DNA of 59,271 nt, the filler included, from Basidiobolus ranarum (Eukaryota), in assembly GCA_040143965.1 (NCBI GenBank). It is 6 parts of 6 records of this genome, joined end to end, with 100 filler letters (N's around TTAATTAATTAA, not from the genome) between each part and the next. Parts side by side here need not be neighbours in the genome. Positions count along the whole stretch, not along the records: positions 39,612 to 49,396 come from JASJQH010007659.1; positions 49,497 to 59,271 come from JASJQH010007660.1; 4 more parts are not named here. The stretch is one strand, 5' to 3'. The notes beneath the pieces were generated by a model that was given only the letters and a program-made list of their open reading frames with translations, was not told the origin of the DNA and did not search any database. Numbering within the stretch: the stretch's first letter is position 1; each line of letters starts with the position of its first letter. The position numbers and the translations under genes were made by a program. Of this stretch, positions 39,936 through 52,400 are shown in pieces.

Positions 39936-40750
39936 TGACACTAATCCGGCCATGGCGGAAACCCCACTAAAGCACGTGGGTCTGTTTTTTGTATAGTTAT
40001 TTATTATTTCTTGAGTATTTTTACATAAGTACATATATACACATGAACTCATATTCCTAATCTCGATCATTTGAGCAGCAACAACGCCCACTCATTCATT
40101 ATATCTGCTCGTCTGTACAGTACATCTACAATTCTTGATTCGCATAGCACTAGTGTTGAATTAAAATGCAGTGTTACCACGCCGGAATTGGTAACAGAAC
40201 ACAATGGAACAATAAAGACCACTATAATTTATTCAATCACCCAAAGTCTACTGACAAACCATAGTGAGGGGCACTCTATCATAAGTGCCGCCCGATTATT
40301 CTTATGAAACACGGGGGACCCCAATCAACTGATAACTTTATTAAACATTGTCACACTCAAGCATGCTGCTTCCCCAGATATACATCAGAGATTTGTCAAG
40401 CACAAAACCGATATGTATCTTGCTAAATAGGAAGTCAATCATTCGATATTACATTCTCCTGCTCACTCTGCCGTCAAATAAAGCTTAATCATCTTGTTGT
40501 GGAGGCACCCAATCAGAGGTCTACCAACAAGTGTTCAATTTGGTATTTTACTGAAACGAGAATACACTTATTTACTTATCACATTGGATTGTTTTCAAAT
40601 AAGCATTTGGCATTACACTGTATAGAGAATCCAACGGGGGATGCCCAGGGTAAATTCACGGAAATATGCATGGAATGGGGATAATTTAATAAATTTCCTG
40701 ATCTTTTCCACCCGGTATGTTGTCATCACGCGCTAAACGAAGCGTCACTA

Positions 40751-42315
40751 TTATAGGGTCTTCTGATGTTCTGGTGTATGGTCTGTTTCATAATCAACAT
40801 GTACAAACGCACGCTCCACATTTGGTAATGCCTCCAACTTGATTTGCAGACTCTCTCCAATATCATGACTTTCTTGGAGTGGTGTGTCGGGCGACATGAC
40901 AATGTCCACCTCTACGAACATATTATTCCCGGCGTAATATGCACGGCAAGTATCCACTTGTAATACCTTGGGATGGTGAGTCAATGCTTATATTCACAAG
41001 AAGTATTAGTGGTCATTGAAATCCCCAGGAGTTCATGATTTTCACTGGATAATTACCTGTATAAGTGATTTTCTTCAAGAAATTCGTATCTGCCGATTTC
41101 CCGACAATCAATTGGATGTTTTCTGCAAGTCCATACAACAATGATTAGTTTCAGGTGGAAGAATATGCAAAAGCCCCTCCATAAATCAATGTTTACCATA
41201 GGCTGTAGAAGTCCAAGATCTCAGTATAATAAGTGCAACTATCAATGCACCCACTGGATCGATCCACCAGCTAATCTTGGCTCCTAACAGTGAGGCAGCT
41301 AAGCCAAACCCGTTCACTAACAGATCATTCTGATGATCCTGAGCAAATGTCTTGGCGGCAGGAAACTCTCGGAGGGTTCTGCAATAAAGAAACAGAATAA
41401 ACTTGGTCACAAGTGCAGCTGAGACGCATACAATACTCCAAGTATCCAAAGTGGTGGAGTGATCTTGACTAATCAAGGCTTTCCCCCCCTCAATCTATCA
41501 TACAGTAAAGTGGTTTAGCTTGACGGGATCCCAAAAATTTGGAAATTTTGGATCGCTCACAATTAGCTGTAATGAAAGTGTACCCATCAATGCTGAGAAG
41601 ACAATAATCCCAACCGTCTCCATACGTGCTTTTCCCTATAGTGAGTGATTAATATTGAATTTCATCACCATCATTACTAGTACACATACTGTAGGGTATT
41701 TCAGTAAATTACTTTTGGCAGCCGCCCGTGCTGCGAAAACCAAAACTGCACTAGAGAATAGGTCCATGAAAGAATCGGCCATAGTTGCAAATAAAGACAA
41801 CGATCCCGAACTTATTGCTGCATAAAGTTGTAGAAAGAACAATGCGATATTAGCACCAAATGAACCGTAAACTGCGATTTTAACCTAAAGGAATGTATGA
41901 GTTTATTCTTGTGTGGATTATTGGTGATAAGGATATGAACTACCTTCAACAAACGAGCATCTTCACTAGAAGCTCCAGTGTTTACAGGAGTCAGTAGGTC
42001 GTTGATGATTTGATTTTGCTCCTCGTAGAATGAAAACACCCCCTTTCCTTGCTGTTTTTTTACTTTTTGAAGTGCATCGATGGATATCCGTCTACAGCCC
42101 AGAAGCAGAGGATCAAGATCATCTTGGGAGTCTGAGTCGTGCTCAAAGTCCTTAGGGCTAGCAGCACGATGGACCAATTGTGAAGTGTTGGTTAAATTTG
42201 GTAAATAATCCGAGACTGAAGTAGGTGGTTGTGGACATGTATTAGCCTCTTCTGAGTAAGTGGGATGCATTTCAATAGAAAATTGAGATGCAGTTTCATG
42301 ACTAGAGGAGTACAT
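40751..42315 (-). CDS. Cation diffusion facilitator (Mn-CDF / plant MTP8-11-like) transporter
   Basis: FYEEQNQII, SGSLSLFATMADSFMDL, KYPTGKARMETVG, AQDHQNDL, WWIDPVGA, LIVGKSAD, VDTCRAY..FVEVDIVM..HDIGESLQIKLEALPNVERAFVHVDYE..H.PEH. Confidence 0.93.
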
Positions 42316-43107
42316 TTTGCAAGTCGAAACCAAAGAAAGGCAGGCAGATGTTTGGGAAAGACTTGGTATATATTTCTTTCGAAATCCCTACACGTGGGAA
42401 TACCATTCGGATCAGACACTAGGATATATATATCGATAGCCAATTAATTTTCTCTTACGTAGTGATAACACAAGATTAGATGGCTGAAAAAATAATGACA
42501 TGCTTCGAATTATGAATTCCTTTGTTACTCCAAATATTTTCTAGAGATGGTTGTCCCACTTTAAAATATAGACTTTGCAGAAATTGATAAGGATCTTCCT
42601 CCGCAATCCCATATATTTACACTTTTAATTGGTTTTAGTTCAAACTTGTACTCCAACTTTCGCGACCATTTAGTAAAGTATTATAAGTTCTACCAAATTT
42701 AGTTATTGTGATTGGTAAATTACCAACCAGTATTTTCATCATCTCTGGTCCCTCTGATGCAACTAGGTTTCATTATCAGTTGAGATTTGATGTTCAGATT
42801 AGACGTTCTTTTACCCATAAAACCTCGCTCTTATCACAATCCAGTATGGGGATGTGATGAAAATGAAATTGGGTGTTTATTAAGATGGACTAAAGGTCCA
42901 TTGACATTTAACTTTTCTGTTTATACTACTTCTGTAGTTTGAAACGTATATTGCTTTGACTTGGTAAAGAAGTCAATTTTATAGAGCAATAACGTGATTC
43001 TTATAAAGTCGTTTTACAAGCTTTATCGGCCAAGAACTTGTAGCAAGCCACTGAATTATAAATAGAAATAATAGCGCAATGTTGACAGATCATTCAGCGT
43101 CTACGAG

Positions 43108-44395
43108 ATGTCTCTAGGGAAGAAATTGGTGATCTTGCTTGAACTTACGTGGGTTGTGTTCTGCAAACCACTCTCTACTGTAATAACGGTCCCACTGACC
43201 AATCGAAGGAATCTTTACGTAAGAGCCAGTTCTTAATCATTATACTCCACTGTACAATCAATATCATCCTAACCTAACTCTATCGATGATGCAGTATTAT
43301 GGTGAAATAGGCATAGGTATGATCTACTTTAGAGTTTTTGGTGGAAAATATGCTTACTACTACATGACATTAATTTAGGAGTCCCAGCGCAACCTATCAA
43401 TGTTCTCTTCGATACTGGTTCTTCAGATCTGTGGGTCCCTAGTGTTGTGCTCCCAGAAGTAGACAACAGAACATATTCTTTCGACTCTTCTTTGTCTGAG
43501 ACGTACAAATTCCTCATGAAGCCGATAGAGTTAGAATACTCGCGTGGGAAAATCAAGGGTATATTAAGTCAAGATGTGGTGCATGTGGGTGGATTGAAAA
43601 TCTACCCTCAGCCAATCATCGAGGCCACGGAGCTATCCAAAGAATTCCGAAATTATCGATTTGATGGAGTATTTGGTTTAGGGTCACCGCTAAACTCCGT
43701 ATCATGTAAGTACCCTGGTCAATCTGATAATTCTTTACAGGGGGGAAATTAAGCACCATTGTTCAGTTGAAAGAAGGCCAATGCAAATTCTCACTCGTCT
43801 CTACCCAACCATTCGTTCCATCTTCGCCTTTTCTCTCAAGTCAACAGCTGGTGACAGCTCCATAACTTTTGGAGGCTATGATCATCAAGCGTTCGAAGGT
43901 CCCATTCATTGGATATCGGTTATTAGCGCTAGTCTGTGGGAGATTCCTGTGGATCAACTGTTTATTGGTGAGACTCCTCTGATTGAATCACAAGATCGTC
44001 ATTCCATAATTGTAGATTCCGGATCATCAATGCTGGTCGGGCCTAAATACCATATCGATGTGATACATCGGGAGATTGGCGCCGATAAAAAAGGCCACCT
44101 AGAGTGTTCCAAGATCAACACTCTGCCAATATTAAGCTTCTTCATAGAAGGGAGCGAATTCCACCTAAGCCCTACAGATTACGTAAGTGTGACCAATAAC
44201 AAGTGTAAGACAGTATTTAGGGAAGATAAGCAAGAGGATCCGCAATGGGTACTGGGTGTAGTGTTTCTGAGGAAGTACTACAGTATATTTGATTGCGACA
44301 AGAGGAGAATTGGCTTTGGTAAGAATCAATATCAAATTATATGCGATCGTTGACTAATGTGAATCCACTCAAGCTCAAGCTAAGGTAGGCTCTTA
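43108..44395 (+). CDS. Secreted pepsin-like (A1) aspartic protease
   Basis: Hydrophobic N-terminus, YYGEIGIG, VLFDTGSSDLWVPS, FDGVFGLG, IVDSGSS, WVLGVVFLRKYYSIFD...RIGF; last exon end approximate. Confidence 0.9.
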
Positions 44396-44888
44396 AAGGA
44401 GAGCATCTGAATCAAGAAATTCGGCAGGGTAAACCCACTCCTGTGTGGGATTGCCATTTAGTGGGACAGGTATTTTTCCGCTCCTTTGCCCTTATAATCA
44501 TCAAGTCCATATATTTCCATCCAAGTAGCTCGCATGGTTAGGGTATTCTATAAATCATTGAAAGAGGTTGTCCTATTAATTTTCAACTCATGTCAACAAA
44601 TATATCACAAGAAAATCAAAATCAAAATTTTATATCACCCATCAGAAGATAATGCAGTAGGAGTTTTGTACACCCACAAAATTTTATCACTCACTAGCCT
44701 ATGATCACAGTTTGATTGTGTCCCTCTATTTAGGCATGAGTAAATGAGAACTTATGTCTGGATGTTGTTAATGGTTGGCATTCTACCAATATATCATACT
44801 GATCGTTGCAGTGTTGAATAATGTTGACTTATCGAATTAATTTATTAACAACACAGAAATCGTTCTTTTTAAACATGCAGCTTTAATA

Positions 44889-45309
44889 TGTTGAAAATGA
44901 CATAGCTTAAGCATCTATATATTCATATAGCTAGCTACCTAAATTTCACTGTTATAATTCAATAACTTTATGAGGAATTTACGCTCATTATTTTACCAAC
45001 TTGGAGGTTTGAAGATTATATGATTTTCTCAAGCTTTGTACTCTACACGTTAGTTTCTCTACTTTTGTCGAAAAGTAGAGAAATTAACGCGTAGAATGTG
45101 CTAAGGAAGGTCCCAGAAGTATGTACACAAAGTTTGGGGCTCCTAGCACAAGTTTGAAAAACCTATATATCTGAGAACTTCTAAGTTGTTAAATATATTC
45201 TAAGTAAATTCCGATTGTGAATAGTGGGTGATACCTTTGTGAAATATGAATAACTAAATACTAAGCTATATATGACTATATAAGTGTTTAGGCTATGCTA
45301 GTCTCAACA
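44889..45309. mobile_element. Foldback (palindromic) element built from two inverted halves of the Copia LTR
   Basis: Right arm (~45070-45309) matches 8390-8628; left arm is a diverged reverse complement; TGTTG...CAACA ends; 25-bp central hairpin at 45042-45095. Confidence 0.75.
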
Positions 45310-45822
45310 TGTTTGTGGCTAGTTGTGAATAATATGTATCTTTCACTGACTGAAAAGAGATTCCTGAAAAGAGATAACTGGAACATCCCTTATGCTAAAC
45401 TAAATTTATCTGCCACTATTCAACATATGCGGAGATGGTTTTTATAATCTTAGTATTGTCATAAATACAGTGATCAAAGTCTTGAAAGGTTTTGATGTGG
45501 AAGTATTTTGGGAGCTGGTTGGAAGTAATTTAGAGAACTAGAACAATTGATGGTTTTCACTTATTAATTTACTAAATAGAAAGTGGCCATTCATACTTTT
45601 GTCAAGATGTAATCAAAAAAACGTGTAGAATGTGTTAAGGAAGATCCAGAAACATGTCTGCAAAATTTTGGGTCTCTAGGGCCAGTTTGAAAAATCTACA
45701 CATCTTCAAACTTCTAAGTAAATTCCGATTGAGATCAGTAGGTGATATCTTAGTTCAATATGGAATAACTGCATACTAAGCTATATATGACTACATAGAT
45801 GTTTAGGCTATGTTAATTTTAC
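45310..45822 (-). mobile_element. Solo Copia LTR, possibly full length
   Basis: 45544-45822 aligns with 8329-8628; 45310-45540 has a minus-strand TATAAAAACC and ends ...CAAACA, consistent with the R/U5 part. Left boundary inferred. Confidence 0.65.
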
Positions 45823-48692
45823 CGTTTGAAAGCCAGAGTAATAGGAGCTGACCATAGTACAATACTGATATGTGTAATTCGCTAATAGACATTGATGCTT
45901 GTGCCTAATGAAAAGAGAAAGAATAGCAGAGTTGTGCTTCTAGAGTAATAAGCAGGTTAGAGGGTTTTCGATAAATTTGATGATAATATTATCTTGACAT
46001 ATCTAAGATATATACAAGATGGATGTTACAATTCTGACTTCAATATTCAGTAAATTAGCGTTAAGTATGCCAAGTATGATACATGAATATCTAGGTGCTT
46101 ACTTTGAATGTTGCCACATTATTTGTAGAGTGTTAAGAATTAGGTAACAGGCTTTGGGAGTTTTTGATCATTCTGAAAATCTTACTTTACTAACATCTCT
46201 AGTATATAATCAAAATACGTGTTTGCATTTTTCAACTGGAGAAAAACCTAAGTTGATAATCAATTTGCTACACATCTTGAATCTTTTTAATTAAGGACCC
46301 AAATATATTAAGTAGAAGATATATAGAGTATACAAATAGAGAGCCTGCCCATCTGGCTTTTATATACCAAAGAGTAACATCCCAAATATAGTATGAAGCC
46401 CTAAGCACATCAGAGCCCCATTCGGTCAAGTTGGGCCTATCTCAAGTGATAAAACTGATTCTTTGAACCTATAATAGTAGCTGTTAGAGTACTAGAGTAT
46501 CTTGTGAGTATACTAAAGCACTAATCGCCCTTTTGGTTGAGCAATAGGCAATGGAGTCAGTTGACATACGCTCTATTACTCCAATTTTCTTGCAAGATTT
46601 GCTTCGTGCTGATACCTATTATATTACAGAAACCACCAGTAAGTATGTAAATAATTTGTACTTGAGAACTTCTTGAAGTTGTACGATAACATGCCAAGTA
46701 ACAAAGTAAGAATATGTCGTATATGGGAGAATGAGGCGTTATACTAATATATTTCATTGCTATATATTCAGCCTAACATGTGGGATGTTATTGACGATGA
46801 GTTAGCCCCAGATAAGCAATGGGTAATCTATAACACTACAATTCACCTACGCGGACTCGAATATAAAGTAGGCTTGCGCAAAATAATTCAAGGATAACCG
46901 TTGTTGTGAAGAGATAGGAGTGTAAAGCATAGAGATATCCCATGTGGCAGTGGTTTTCAGGTTCCTTGAAGTATGGCTTACAGAGTGCTTCAGCTGTATT
47001 CCCTTGAAGTATGGATTTTTAATTGAATTTCTGATCTTTGCTATAAAGTAACACATGGGTTAATGGTTAATTTTGAGTATTGGTAGGCAATAATGCTCAT
47101 TGGCCGAGAGAGAACCTTAGAACCATCTAGCTTTTGATGGAAAGTTTTCGAGATCATCACAACTCCCACTTACAGACTGGTTTAGTCAGATTAGATAAGC
47201 CCTGAGCGGTGTTAGGCCAACTCTCACCCTCATATAAAATCCGACTCTAACTCCTCTCGTTTCGGTAGTTTTGCGGGATATGTTGCTCATCACAGTTTTG
47301 TTGTATCCCGTACGTTACACTACATTTGATGATATAATCTTAATATTTCTACTTCCAAATCAAGCTATCCTAATGAAACTGTAGGTAGGATTTACATGGG
47401 AATCAATATAGTGTTGAGTCTCTCGCTTCAGACGACCACCTACAGCGGCTCTTCCACGTATACCAAATGGGGGAGACACCGGTATTTCTTCGAGATTTGA
47501 AATCTGGTTGATGTGTGGCAGTGACAAGAGATACCAGAATTTCTGATAGAAATGGTATTGCATTCATGACTTGTTCCCAGAAACCGAACGCAATAGGGAA
47601 TACACGGACGTTAACGGAGTACGTATAGACTTGTAATTCCACACATGCTCCCCTTAGTCCAGGAATCATTCACCCCAAATACCTTGAGCTCTACAACTTC
47701 AACTATAGCACGGTTGATTCTGTCTATATTGTAGTTCCGAGTGTTGCTAATTCTATCCTTGACTCAGTAGATGGAAGTGCCACAACAGGGTGCCTTTTGC
47801 TCAAATAGGTGCTGAGATCGTTTCCTTTTTTGGTAAAGAAAACGGTGTATTGAAATAGGTATGACCATCACCAAGTATATTGGTAATAACATGTTAAGCA
47901 TCGGCAAAGCATCGTTTGGCCATGAATCAGTCCACTTAAACTGATCTAAGATAATCAAGCATCTGAGACGGTAGTACAGTGTAACATGTGCTATAAGCGT
48001 CTCTATGTCAAAGCACTTTGTACCAACTAGAGGCTAAAATCTCCTGGGAATACTTTTCAGACAGAAATGAATAGTTACGGATAGAGTATTGTAATTAGTG
48101 AACCGATGCCCTCTACTCATGTTGAGACAGGCCATCTGAATTGGCATATTTTCTTTCCATGGCTTAAGATAACGCAATGCCAGCGTGTCTGTAAACCACT
48201 TCACTATCTGTTATTAATGTTACCATTCATCATGTTTACATTGCTTCGGTTGAGTTGATTTATGACGACAAATACATGCTTACGCATTCATAAACTCTCT
48301 ATATTAGCCAGTTGACAGGTTATACGAGTAAATGTTTAATTGGTAAATCGTGTAGTGGACTAGTAGCTACTAAGATGTATATTCAGAATTTATAATTAGG
48401 AGAGTACTCTATATTACAACTGTAAATCTCACAAGGCTGAAGATTAGTGATTGGAATCGAAAGTAGAAATTCAGATAGAAAATCGAAGAAACGAGTTATT
48501 ATTTGAATGTGATACAATCATGGAAGATGAGGAGAATCTTGGCTAGGAAGGCTGATTATTTCGTATAAAATAATGAGGTACGAATACGTCTGACGTCTTG
48601 CAATAGTTAATTGAAACGTAGCCAACAACTAAGATGAATAAATATCACTTCTTTGAATGGAACCTGGCTCTACTTGGACAATATGTCCGGTA

Positions 48693-49330
48693 TTAGAAGT
48701 CCTCTTTGATATTTCCGACTGGTATTAATTCGATGGTTTTGCCATTGCTGCTTTCCGGTTGTTCGTTGATTAGAGTTCCTTGGAAAAATCCAGTAGTATT
48801 GTTTTCAGGATTGTCTTCGGATGACCATCCACGCTTACGTCTGTTGTGAGTTACTAGCATCATTTCGGACATGAGTTTACTTTTGATTGTCCCTAAAGAA
48901 AATGAGAATCAATAGATGTAATTCCAGTTGCAAACTAGGTTAGGTATTACTTACATCCTATGTAAAGGAGATACCAAGCATTGGTAAGATTCAAAGTGAT
49001 AATTGTAGCGAGGAGTATATCGCAACAAAGGATAACTATGCCAAATACTGCACCATCTCGGGCCAATACACGGTAAACCCCTTTGTTGTTGAATCGCGAG
49101 AGGCGAAAGATGTTGTAAACGAAAATGGAACTCAAAAAAATCATAATAGAGGTAGTGCATATCACCATTCCAAGTGTATAGTTTACTGGGAAACTGACTT
49201 TGCATCCTCCCAAGATTCCTTTTTTCAACTGATATTGGGAGAACATCTGGGAAAGGCAGAATATCTCCACTCCTTGCAACGAAATGCAGATTACTGCAAC
49301 AATTTTGGTAGAGAATGAGGTATGATAGGC
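48693..49330 (-). pseudogene. Multi-pass (GPCR-like) membrane protein 3' half, interrupted by an LTR fragment
   Basis: Hydrophobic helices with GGCKVSFP..Y, VYRVLARDG..F, spliced W-TIKSKL tail and stop at 48693. Upstream the frame runs straight into LTR sequence at ~49331. Confidence 0.55.
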
Positions 49331-49396
49331 TTATTGATTTATTGTGTAGAAAGTTGTGATTTATAGTTTTGTCAAGATGTAAACAAAAAACATGTA
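49331..49396 (-). mobile_element. Copia LTR fragment running into contig end
   Basis: TTATTGATTTATTGTGTAGAAAGTTGTGATTTATAGTTTTGTCAAGATGTAAAC matches ~8346-8400 and ~45561-45615. Confidence 0.85.
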
Positions 49397-49496
49397 NNNN
49401 NNNNNNNNNNNNNNNNNNNNNNNNNNNNNNNNNNNNNNNNTTAATTAATTAANNNNNNNNNNNNNNNNNNNNNNNNNNNNNNNNNNNNNNNNNNNN

Positions 49497-52400
49497 TTTG
49501 AACTCCAACTGAGGGGCCTCCGTAGCATTTATATGTATTTCAAGTCAAGGGTATATGCATGTCCATCACAGCACGAATGTTAGACTCGAATCTGGAATGC
49601 TACAGTCAATATATTTCTATTAATATCATGATGATGAATAAACGTCTTACTGCGGCTTGGTCGATTTCATTGGTACAGTATTTGTGCCATTTTTTGACTA
49701 TTGCAATTTCCGTAGTCATCGATTGCCTACGTTTACACATGAGTTTTTGGAGATTTGATGATTCGATTGAGAGATTGGCTTAGAAAATTTTTTTGGATAA
49801 ACTCCGATGGGATCTGGTGAACTTGTAAGTACTGCGGTCTATATACTGAAGACTGGACCATAACTAGCAAGAATTTGCAAGTCGCTAGCATTCAAACAAG
49901 GCCACATTAAAATGAAGCATTGAGCCAAGTTCAACACTTCACTAAAACTAAACAGGTCAGCAACAGAACTGAGTCAGTATCAAATCAAAATCCTTTAACG
50001 CTTTGGTTAAAGGGAACACTGCCAAAAAGCTGATATCAGACAAGCTTCAGGAAGGTATTTTACATGCTCAATGCACAGAATGTATTGGTTAAGCTCTGAA
50101 ACTGAGAGTAACTCGGACTTCTTATTGTATATCTACCTGCAAGTTACCGAGATTGCTAGTTTTGTGGCTATTGTGAATTGAAAATACTTTAGTTATTAGT
50201 GTATAAGCCAAATGATGGCATGAAACAATATATAAACCACCTGCTTGTTATGATTTTTGCATTGGAAGAAATGAATTCCTGGTCTGAAATTACTTTATTT
50301 CCATAAGTATAGCACGGGAATTTTACCAGTGCTTTAAATAAAATATTAAAAAAATTTTAGCAATTAACTTCTGAATCAAACTGCTATCGGTTGTGCGATG
50401 GCTGCTAAGATAGCGCAAATGTATTTGCAGAGGCAAGCACCGCGTATGTTGTTTAACAGAAGCGCAGTTCTCAAATATTACCAAGAGCACAATCACTTGA
50501 TGGTTACTGTAGTTATTATCAAAATCATGTCATCAACATTCACTGGACCGTGCTTCTAAAGAATATCTCTGGAAATAATCAATTTGGCATCAACAAGTGA
50601 ATATACTAGCTGCTCCTTATTGATAGAAGGATGTGCGTAAAAAATCGGAACATTGGACAAGCTGAGGTGTTACATCTGCAACAAGAGCCCTGTTGCATGA
50701 CCCCTGCTTATAGGAAAACAGAATATGTCATAATTTTGTCTACTGTTAAAAATTCTCTCATGACAGTTTTAATTTTCATTATGAGTTTTGATTACACTTT
50801 CGATTACTGTGGTATCCTCTATAGCATGGTATCTACTCACTTTCCTCAGGAGTATCCTCTCCTATTCATGGCTTCAATATGGTGGAAATACCTAGTCATT
50901 GGAACCATTGGTCGGATTATGGGAATCAAATGTGATGCCTTAATCAACGTAGTGGGAACAGCCTGCCTATTGAATCTAAATGTTACCCACTGTGGCTTGT
51001 ACGTGATGCCCCAATGTCCTACGACCTCAGAGCCAAGATCAGGTAAATATCAACTTAACCATATATCTAACTATGCATATTTTCTAATCACACTGAAAAT
51101 CATCCAGAGTTAATAGCTTGCAGACTCCGTGCTTTCGTATCTGAGAGAGTTGTATCTCCTAGATTTCCAACTTTCTTCGCCTAGTCTACTTTGTCCAGAA
51201 ACCTTTAACCCTACTACCTGAATCTCACGAGTTGAGATTGCAGCCTTCGCTTCTTCGAGACAACATTCAAACGAGGAGTCCCATGACATATCAATGATTA
51301 AATGTTTGAAGCATTGAATTTTGTTAGGAAAGAGAATGAGAGAGAGGATTTTTTTTCTAAGATCTGGATTGATAATTTCTGTTATCTTTGACTACAAATG
51401 CCATTTAAAGGAATACGAGTTGAATCGCTCTTTGGTTTTCTCAGCAACGACCACGATTTGACTAAAATGTAAGAACCATATTCCATCTTTCAAACCGTGG
51501 TAAAAATGGATATGGATGCTTTTTTGTTTTAGCATTCCAATATCAAACCACTGATAACGTAAGTACGAAGTATTTAGCTTCAGTCAATTCGAAGTGATTA
51601 GCTGATATTTCAAGTATATCAGTATGATAAGTTAGCAGCCAAGTGTGCGCAGATTGATTTTGGAAAGTGGCTTAGCCCCAACGATATCCTGATAACCATC
51701 AAATGACCAGATCTGCTTGCACGTATTATAACAAAATGGGCACAATGAGATACAAGCTCTTAAAAGAACCTTTGGTTAAAAGACTTGGTCGATACCCTCC
51801 TTATTTGAGCACTAGTCGGTTGGTATATCCTACGCTCGCTTCATACTCAAGGATTTTTTTCCCACAATAAGTACACCCTGGATTAGTAGTGACATGGCGG
51901 ATGAAAATGTCTTATCTTCGGATTTGGCTCGGGAAGATCTCAAAATACAACCAACAAAGTGAAGCCAAGATAATGCAAATGCAGACTCTGTAATGTCAAT
52001 GTAGATTGCAGGATCCAAACTATGCCCAGAATGTGAGTTTCGAGTATCCTCAAGGAATATTCCATGATACAAAATAACCACATCCCTGGAAATTACCAAT
52101 TATAGTCACTACCCTGATTTGTGAATGGATTAATCCGATCTAGCACTATTATAGGTGCATTCACACCACATATTAATACATTCATGTCACCATTGTCTAA
52201 GCATTTTGAACTCGGTGCCTTAGTGAAATAATACCGTTGATAATACTGGACATTCCAGGCAAAGGAATAGAATGGTCAAGGAACATGATGCATGAGGCAA
52301 TGATCTAGTATCTACCCCACAACTCACCTGATTGGGACCACACTCAAATGATTCATGCTACGGAACGCTCCATCTCAGTCTTTAATTTGCACGATGCACT

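Noticed and set aside
47100-48300. Short ORFs suggesting another decayed gene
   Set aside because: No identifiable motifs in any frame; on a different contig from the NRPS relic.
50631-51113. 160-aa plus-strand ORF
   Set aside because: Antisense to the putative NRPS condensation-domain relic; no motifs of its own.
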